Below are positions 26,168 through 32,000 of a stretch of DNA of 32,000 bases, piece after piece. The notes beneath the pieces are model-generated. The model saw nothing but the letters and a program-made list of their open reading frames with translations, was not told the origin of the DNA and searched no databases. This stretch comes from Pelagibacter phage HTVC112P, in the sequence record MN698246.1. One strand, given 5' to 3'. The position numbers and the translations under genes are program-made. The stretch's first letter is position 1. Every line of letters begins with the position of its first letter.

Positions 26168-28438
26168 ATGGCACAGCACGATTATATAATTTCAAACCAA
26201 ACTTTTCCAAATACTAGAGCAGATATTAACAATGCTCTATTAGCAATTTCAAGTAATAACTCAGGAACATCAGCACCTACTACTCAATATGCTGGTCAAT
26301 TCTGGTTAGATACAAACACTCCATCATCAACAACATGGAGTTTATATATACATGATGGTTCAGATGATATTTTATTTGCACAAATAGATACATCAGCAAA
26401 CACAGTAAATTTTTTAGATTCAGCTTTAGCAGATGATGTTGTTATTAGTACATCAGGTGCAGTTTCAACAACAGGTGCTTTTACTGCAAATGGAACAATA
26501 AAATTAGATGGTAACTATCCAACAGGAACAGGTAACGTTGCATTAGGAGATGCTGCTTTAGATAGTGGTTCTTTATCAGGTGGTTGTAATACAGCTGTTG
26601 GAAATGCTGTATTAACAGATAATACATCAGGTTCTCAAAATGTTGGAATTGGACATGTAGCATTAACAGCTAATACAACTGGTGTTCGTAATACAGCAAT
26701 TGGTACATTTTCTTTAGATGCAAATATATCTGGAGATTTTAACACAGCTTTAGGAAGGTCATCTTTAGGATCAAACACTACAGCAGACAATAACACAGCA
26801 GTTGGTTTTGAATCTTTAAAAGCTAACACAACAGGTGCAGACAATACGGCAGTAGGATCAAATTCTTTAGATGCAAATACAACAGGTGGACAAAATGTTG
26901 CAATTGGAAAATGTGCTTTGGTTACAAATACCACTGCTTCAAATAATGTAGCAATAGGAGAAATAGCATTAAGAGTAAATACTACAGGTGCAAATAATAC
27001 AGCAATCGGTAGAGCTGCTTTAACTGCAAACACGACAGCAGCTGGAAGTGTAGCAGTAGGTTACAATGCTTTAACTGCACATACAACAGGTGGATGTAAT
27101 ACAGCAGTTGGCTGTAATGCTGGTGGTGCTATAACAACAGGAACTTGTAATGTAGCAATAGGTAGAGCAACACTTCCTAATAATACAACAGCTTCAAACA
27201 ATACAGCAATTGGAACAAGTGCTTTAAATCAAAACACAACAGGAACAGAAAACACAATGGTTGGTGCTAATTCTGGAGATGCTATTACAACAGGTCATAG
27301 TCATACTGCTTTAGGATTTTGTGCTTTGACAACTAACACCACAACAGAGGGTAATACTGCAATAGGTCATTCTTCTATGAAACTTACTACAACTGGAGGA
27401 GACAACACTGCATTAGGTAGAAGATCATTATGCAAAAATACAACAGGTGGTAATAACACATCAGTTGGTGCTTATAATATGACAAGTAATACAACTGGTG
27501 CTGGTAATGTCTCTGTAGGTATTCAGGCTTTATGTTCAAACACTACAGCAAGTAACAATGTTGCAGTCGGAATAAATTCTTCATTAGCTAACACAACAGG
27601 TGCTGCTAATGTAGCAATTGGTTGCAATGCTATGAAATCAAATACAACAGCAGGTTCAAATACAGCAGTTGGTAAAGATTCATTATGTGTAAATCAAACA
27701 GGAAATTTTTTAGTTGCAGTAGGTCAATCGGCATTAAGAAATAGCACAGGAAGTTGTAATGCAGCAGTTGGTTCCGATGCCTTATTTGAAAACGGTTCAG
27801 GATCAAGAAATACTGCGTTTGGACACAATGCACTTAATAAAACTACTACAGGAGAATGTAATCATGCTTCAGGTGTATTTGCTGGATGTGCAAATACAAC
27901 AGGTTTTAGAAACACTTATGTAGGATATGGTGCTGGTCAAAATGCTACTACACCAGAGGGTAATACATTTGTTGGAAGATTAGCTGGTTGTAATGCTGGA
28001 ACAGGAAATAGTAATACTGCTCTAGGAATTAGTGCTGGTATAGATGCAGTTAAAAATATTTCAGGAACAGATACTCACCAACTAGTTTTAGGTAATAATG
28101 GAACTACTAATGCTTATATGAAAGTTGCTTTTACAGTTACTTCTGATTTAAGAGATAAAACTGAAATTGAAGATGTGCCTCATGGTTTAGATTTTGTTAG
28201 TAAATTAAATCCAATAAAATATAGATTTAAGGTATCAAGAGAAGACCCTGTTGGTACAGGTATGAAAAAATATGGTTTTTCTGCTCAAGAAATTTTAGAA
28301 CTTGAGGGAGATAATAATGTTATTATAGATAACCATGACACAGAAAATTTAAAACTAACTGAACTACATTTAATCCCAGTATTAGTTAATGCAATTAAAG
28401 AATTAACAGCAAGAGTAAAAGAATTAGAAAATAATTAA
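26168..28438 (+). CDS. tail fibre with 17-aa repeats and C-terminal S74 intramolecular chaperone
   Basis: About 30 copies of NTAxGxxALxxNTTGxx then SDLRDKTEIEDVPHGLDFVSKLNPIKYRFK...GFSAQEI...LIPVLVNAIKELTARVKELE. Confidence 0.9.
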   Translation: MAQHDYIISNQTFPNTRADINNALLAISSNNSGTSAPTTQYAGQFWLDTNTPSSTTWSLYIHDGSDDILFAQIDTSANTVNFLDSALADDVVISTSGAVSTTGAFTANGTIKLDGNYPTGTGNVALGDAALDSGSLSGGCNTAVGNAVLTDNTSGSQNVGIGHVALTANTTGVRNTAIGTFSLDANISGDFNTALGRSSLGSNTTADNNTAVGFESLKANTTGADNTAVGSNSLDANTTGGQNVAIGKCALVTNTTASNNVAIGEIALRVNTTGANNTAIGRAALTANTTAAGSVAVGYNALTAHTTGGCNTAVGCNAGGAITTGTCNVAIGRATLPNNTTASNNTAIGTSALNQNTTGTENTMVGANSGDAITTGHSHTALGFCALTTNTTTEGNTAIGHSSMKLTTTGGDNTALGRRSLCKNTTGGNNTSVGAYNMTSNTTGAGNVSVGIQALCSNTTASNNVAVGINSSLANTTGAANVAIGCNAMKSNTTAGSNTAVGKDSLCVNQTGNFLVAVGQSALRNSTGSCNAAVGSDALFENGSGSRNTAFGHNALNKTTTGECNHASGVFAGCANTTGFRNTYVGYGAGQNATTPEGNTFVGRLAGCNAGTGNSNTALGISAGIDAVKNISGTDTHQLVLGNNGTTNAYMKVAFTVTSDLRDKTEIEDVPHGLDFVSKLNPIKYRFKVSREDPVGTGMKKYGFSAQEILELEGDNNVIIDNHDTENLKLTELHLIPVLVNAIKELTARVKELENN
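26534..28040 (+). repeat. degenerate in-frame 51-bp tandem repeat array
   Basis: About 30 units, mostly exactly 17 codons, motif N(T/V)A(V/I)GxxALxxNTTGxx. Confidence 0.9.
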
Positions 28439-29319
28439 TGCTTGATACATATGTTGTAGAGGGTGGAGTTGGTAAGTGTGTTGCATTTACATCTTTAATT
28501 CCTAAACTTAGAAAAAAATCAGAAATTCAAATATATACACCTTACATAGATTGTTTCGCTGGTAACCCAGATGTTAAACTAGCTTTAGAATCTACACTAC
28601 CTTTGCAAGACCCTAGAATAATGGCATCAAATAATATTTATTATAGTGAGCCTTACAAATCTAACTTTCAATTTGGCAAACAACATTTAATAGAAAGCTA
28701 TTGTGAATTACATAATGTTGAATTTGATAAATCTATGAAACCTAAAATTTATACAGATCGACATAAAGATAGTGTTAAAGAATGGTTAGATAAAAATAAA
28801 ATAAAAAAATATATATTAATACAATTATCTGGTGGTCAATCTAAATGGAATTATGCAGACAATGTTCAATATCAAAACATAAACCCTAATCGAAATTACC
28901 AACCTTTTTTAGCACAACAATTAGTTAATATGTTGTTAGAAGAATACAAAGACACAACTATTATTAATTGTGTTTTACCTAACGAACCACATTATCAAGG
29001 TACAATTAGATGTGATTTACATTGGTCGCAAATACATGAAATGTTAAAAGGTTCAGAGGGTTTTGTGTGTATAGATAGTTGTTTAAATCACTTTTCAGCA
29101 TCAGCAGAAAAACATGGAGTAGTCATTTGGGGTTCTACTAGATGGACACAGTTTGGTTACTCACATAATAAAAATTTACAATTCCACATGACAGATAAGT
29201 GGATTGAGGAAAAATTCATTGATAATGACCCTAGAAACAACATGGTTGAACCTAAATTAATTATTGATGAATTTAAAAAACTTGATACAAATAAACCAGT
29301 TGCACTAGCAACAGAATAG
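28438..29319 (+). CDS. GT-B/GT9-like (heptosyltransferase-like) glycosyltransferase
   Basis: KYILIQLSGGQ...NYQPFLAQQLVNMLLEEY...GSEGFVCIDSCLNHFSASAEKHGVVIWGSTRWTQFGYSHNKNL; start overlaps fibre stop (TAATG). Confidence 0.6.
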   Translation: MLDTYVVEGGVGKCVAFTSLIPKLRKKSEIQIYTPYIDCFAGNPDVKLALESTLPLQDPRIMASNNIYYSEPYKSNFQFGKQHLIESYCELHNVEFDKSMKPKIYTDRHKDSVKEWLDKNKIKKYILIQLSGGQSKWNYADNVQYQNINPNRNYQPFLAQQLVNMLLEEYKDTTIINCVLPNEPHYQGTIRCDLHWSQIHEMLKGSEGFVCIDSCLNHFSASAEKHGVVIWGSTRWTQFGYSHNKNLQFHMTDKWIEEKFIDNDPRNNMVEPKLIIDEFKKLDTNKPVALATE

Positions 29320-29327
29320 GAGAAAAC

Positions 29328-29570
29328 ATGGCAAGAACAACAGAAGAAAAAGCCCAAGACTATACAGCTATGGGTCATTCAGTAACACTTATTAATGAAG
29401 TGATTGCTGGAACACAAATGGCAGATGAATCAGCCGAAGAAAGACAATCTTGTGTAGACAGAAATGTTGAACACTTAGAACTTATGGTTGCTAAAGACGA
29501 TTGGGGTAGTGAAGATATGACTACTATTAATTCAGCAATTACTGCTGGACAAGGTTACACAGCAAGTTAA
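29328..29570 (+). CDS. hypothetical protein
   Basis: 80-aa ORF, collinear, coding-like composition. Confidence 0.6.
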   Translation: MARTTEEKAQDYTAMGHSVTLINEVIAGTQMADESAEERQSCVDRNVEHLELMVAKDDWGSEDMTTINSAITAGQGYTAS

Positions 29571-29579
29571 GGAATCTAT

Positions 29580-29774
29580 ATGATCACTATTGATGGTAAA
29601 GACTATGCTAGAGAAAAGATGTCAAATGAACAATTACAATTATTTGGCATCATCTCTAATTTAAGTAACGAAAAACAAGAACATTTAAGAAAAGCAGAAC
29701 AAAAAGAAATATTAATACAGCATTACATAACTAAGTTTAAAAAAGCTACAGAGAAACCAGAAAAAGAAAAGTAG
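29580..29774 (+). CDS. hypothetical protein
   Basis: 64-aa ORF, charged helical. Confidence 0.5.
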   Translation: MITIDGKDYAREKMSNEQLQLFGIISNLSNEKQEHLRKAEQKEILIQHYITKFKKATEKPEKEK

Positions 29775-29779
29775 GTACT

Positions 29780-30259
29780 ATGCAACTTTCAAAACATTTT
29801 ACTTTAGAGGAGATGGAAAAAAGTTCTACAGGAATTAGGCTTGGTATAAAAAATAAAGCTGGAAGTGGAGAGATTAAAAACTTAGGCGATCTTTGTTATG
29901 AAGTGCTTGAACCTGTAAGAGTAAAATTTGATAAGCCTGTTACTATTACTTCTGGCTATCGTTCTCCAGAATTATCAGTAGCTATTGGCAGTAAATCTAC
30001 ATCACAGCACTGTCTTGGCGAGGCAGTTGACATGGAAGTTTTATCTGTTTCTAATCTTGAAGTAGCTTTGTGGATTCAAAACCATTGTGACTTTGACCAA
30101 TTAATTTTAGAATATTATACAGGCGAACCTAATAGTGGGTGGATTCATGTATCTTATAAAGATGGTTCTAATAGAAAACAAGTGCTGACATTTGATGGCA
30201 AATCATATACTAATGGATTACCTGATGCAAAATGGTCTGGTGGAAAGATGAGTAATTAA
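29780..30259 (+). CDS. peptidase M15-family endolysin (L-Ala-D-Glu / D,D-peptidase type)
   Basis: KPVTITSGYRSPELSVAIGSKSTSQHCLGEAVDMEV...GWIHVSY: SxHxxGxAxD zinc motif and distal WIHVS. Confidence 0.85.
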   Translation: MQLSKHFTLEEMEKSSTGIRLGIKNKAGSGEIKNLGDLCYEVLEPVRVKFDKPVTITSGYRSPELSVAIGSKSTSQHCLGEAVDMEVLSVSNLEVALWIQNHCDFDQLILEYYTGEPNSGWIHVSYKDGSNRKQVLTFDGKSYTNGLPDAKWSGGKMSN

Positions 30260-30260
30260 T

Positions 30261-30368
30261 ATGGCTAAAAAAAAGAAAACTAAAAAAGTTCCTAAAGGTT
30301 ATCATAGAATGCCAAATGGCAAACTGATGAAAGATTCAGCTATGAAAAAAAGAAAGAGAAAATACTAA
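30261..30368 (+). CDS. 35-aa very basic peptide (not in ORF track)
   Basis: MAKKKKTKKVPKGYHRMPNGKLMKDSAMKKRKRKY*; TAATG overlap with next gene. Confidence 0.5.
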   Translation: MAKKKKTKKVPKGYHRMPNGKLMKDSAMKKRKRKY

Positions 30369-30565
30369 TGGCTATGAAAAAACCTATATATGCAAAATCT
30401 AGACCAAAAAGATTAGGGAAACCAAAATCTTTTAATAAGAAGTCTAAAGCATATAAGTCAGCAAAAAGAAAAGCTGATAAGAAGTTTGGCAAAAAAGTTT
30501 CTTTATATAAAAACATATTCATTTCACAAGCTGTTAAAAAATATAAGCCTAGAAAGAAAAAGTAA
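30368..30565 (+). CDS. 65-aa very basic protein
   Basis: Lys/Arg-rich MAMKKPIYAKSRPKRLGKPKSFNKKSKAYKSAKRKADKKFGKK. Confidence 0.55.
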   Translation: MAMKKPIYAKSRPKRLGKPKSFNKKSKAYKSAKRKADKKFGKKVSLYKNIFISQAVKKYKPRKKK

Positions 30566-30756
30566 TGACTAAGTTAAATGCATTACAAAAAATAGAATCA
30601 CACGAAAAACTTTGTCGTATTATGCAGAAATTAACTCACGATAAAATTCATTCAATAGAAGAAAGAGTAAAAAGATTAGAGAAAATTTTACTAATCTCAA
30701 CAGGCTCATTGATTAGTGCTATGGGCTATGTGATATTTACATTATTGTCAAAATAG
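30565..30756 (+). CDS. small XhlA-like membrane protein
   Basis: IHSIEERVKRLEKILLISTGSLISAMGYVIFTLLSK: coiled coil plus C-terminal TM; near endolysin gene. Confidence 0.45.
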   Translation: MTKLNALQKIESHEKLCRIMQKLTHDKIHSIEERVKRLEKILLISTGSLISAMGYVIFTLLSK

Positions 30757-30774
30757 TTTACAAGCGATACTTGT

Positions 30775-31476
30775 ATGGCGAATAAAAAAATTTTAGTAAT
30801 AAGCGATATGCATCTGCCATATCAACATAAAGATTCAATTACATTTTTAAAAGAAATAAAAAAAGAATTTAAGCCAGACAGAATAGTCAACATAGGCGAT
30901 CTTTTAGATTTTCACGCAATATCAATGCACGAACATAATCCAGATTTATATTCTGCTGGAATGGAATTAGATAAAGCTAAAGAATATATAAAAGAACTAG
31001 AAGCTATATTCCCAGAAGTAATAGAAGTAGATTCAAATCATTCTAGCTTAGTTTATAGACGAGCATTAAAATATGGAATGTCTAAACAATTTTTAAAACC
31101 TTATGGAGATTTTTTAGGTACTAGAAAATGGAAGTGGATAGATGATTTAACACTTACTATGTCTAATGGTCAAAGATGTTTTTTCACGCATGGTAGAAGT
31201 GCAGATGTACTTAAAGTAAGTCAAGCTATGGGTATGTCAGCTGTTCAGGGTCATTACCACACTAAGTTTGTAATTAGTTATTGGGCGAATCCTGATAATT
31301 TATTCTTTGGCATGAATGTTGGTTGTTTAATAAATCAAAAGAGCATGGCTTTTAATTACGCAAAGAATTTTAAAACTAGGTTTATTCTAGGTTGTGGAAT
31401 TATAATTAATGGGATACCTAGATTGCTACCAATGGTGCTTGACAACAAGGGTAATTGGATTAAAAAGATAGTATGA
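30775..31476 (+). CDS. calcineurin-like metallophosphoesterase
   Basis: VISDMHLPYQHKDS...VNIGDLLDFHA...VDSNHSS...FFTHGRS...VQGHYHTKF: metallophosphoesterase metal-ligand motifs. Confidence 0.85.
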   Translation: MANKKILVISDMHLPYQHKDSITFLKEIKKEFKPDRIVNIGDLLDFHAISMHEHNPDLYSAGMELDKAKEYIKELEAIFPEVIEVDSNHSSLVYRRALKYGMSKQFLKPYGDFLGTRKWKWIDDLTLTMSNGQRCFFTHGRSADVLKVSQAMGMSAVQGHYHTKFVISYWANPDNLFFGMNVGCLINQKSMAFNYAKNFKTRFILGCGIIINGIPRLLPMVLDNKGNWIKKIV

Positions 31477-31754
31477 CCTCAAATACATTAAAAAAGACCC
31501 TTTTAAAGAGCCACAGAGCCACACAGACTAACGATTCAGCATTTTCTGACCAGGTATCAGGGAATCACTATAAGAACCTTAAAATACAGCCTTTGACTTA
31601 TTGTATGGCAAATGACTTTAATGCCTGTCAAACTCATATTACCAAATATATTTCAAGATATAATTTAAAGCATAAAGATAAGAAAAAACAAATAGAAGAT
31701 TTAGAAAAAGCAAAACATGTAATTGATATGCTTATAGAGGAGATAAAAAAATAA
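31473..31754 (+). CDS. DUF3310 (SaV-like) protein
   Basis: DQVSGNHYKNLKIQPLTYCMANDFNACQTHITKYISRYNLKHKDKKKQIEDLEKAKHVIDMLIE. Confidence 0.75.
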   Translation: MTSNTLKKTLLKSHRATQTNDSAFSDQVSGNHYKNLKIQPLTYCMANDFNACQTHITKYISRYNLKHKDKKKQIEDLEKAKHVIDMLIEEIKK

Positions 31755-32000
31755 TGTGGTTGAATTTATTATCGTTGGGTGTAAAGACAGGGGCGAAGCT
31801 ATACCAAAATAAACAACGAACTAAACAATTACTTTCAGACGCACAAATGCTTCATGCAGAGAAAATGAGCAAGGGTGAAATTGAGTATAAAGCAAAAATT
31901 ATTGAAAGTAATGACAATGGATTTAAAGATGAATTTGTCCTTATCCTTATATCTTTGCCTATCCTTATATTGGGTTATTCTGTGTTCTCTGACGATTTGG
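31754..32000 (+). CDS. partial small membrane protein truncated by window edge
   Basis: MWLNLLSLGVKTGAKLYQNKQRTKQLLSDAQMLHAEKMSKGEIEYKAK...FVLILISLPILILGYSVFSDDL; ATG overlaps TAA of DUF3310 gene. Confidence 0.55.
   Translation, partial: MWLNLLSLGVKTGAKLYQNKQRTKQLLSDAQMLHAEKMSKGEIEYKAKIIESNDNGFKDEFVLILISLPILILGYSVFSDDL

Noticed and set aside
26635-27033. Minus-strand 132-aa Ala/Val/Pro-rich ORF in fibre gene
   Set aside because: Mirror of the repeat array; periodicity comes from the sense-strand repeats.
27630-27833. Plus-strand alternate-frame ORFs in the fibre (also 26481-26663)
   Set aside because: Repeat-derived out-of-frame reading, no RBS, embedded in the S74 fibre gene.
26534-28040. 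Periodic repeats that might be read as a CRISPR or intergenic satellite
   Set aside because: Repeats lie in one long ORF, are 51 bp with no spacers, and conserve amino-acid rather than nucleotide sequence.
1-32000. Temperate lifestyle / integration module
   Set aside because: Only one XRE-type regulator seen; no integrase, excisionase, attachment site or partition system found in the window. The ParB-like protein lacks a ParA partner and fits the modification context better.
1-32000. Diversity-generating retroelement linked to the fibre repeats
   Set aside because: No reverse transcriptase ORF and no template/variable repeat pair was recognisable.

Overview
AT-rich 32 kb window covering most of a tailed-phage genome with siphovirus-like organisation. 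I assign it to Caudoviricetes and suspect a marine/alphaproteobacterial host, but no host marker was seen. A leftward early module (about 1-3926) encodes a possible SSB-like protein, a PD-(D/E)XK nuclease, a lipoprotein, small membrane peptides and a DUF932 protein. A divergent intergenic control region (about 3930-4411) separates it from a rightward arm. The rightward arm holds an XRE regulator, a Ref-like HNH nuclease, a DUF1376 protein, a HExxH-like metalloprotein, and a tightly coupled ParB-like / TET-JBP dioxygenase / FkbM methyltransferase cassette. It continues with terminase, portal, head and capsid genes, tail genes, a repetitive S74-terminated fibre, a GT9-like glycosyltransferase, an M15 endolysin and a metallophosphoesterase. 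The best second-look items are: (1) a TET/JBP-family DNA-base dioxygenase with all expected catalytic residues, overlapping ParB-like and FkbM genes; (2) an unannotated -1 programmed frameshift (A AAA AAG plus hairpin) making a long tail assembly chaperone missed by the ORF track; (3) an HlyC-like acyltransferase homologue in the tail module with apparently altered catalytic positions; (4) a fibre of about 30 x 17-aa repeats, rich in NTT and Cys, followed immediately by a GT9-like glycosyltransferase; (5) a control region with a perfect 10-bp inverted repeat, a TTGACA promoter and three ACCGATTT elements; (6) several untracked sub-60-aa genes.
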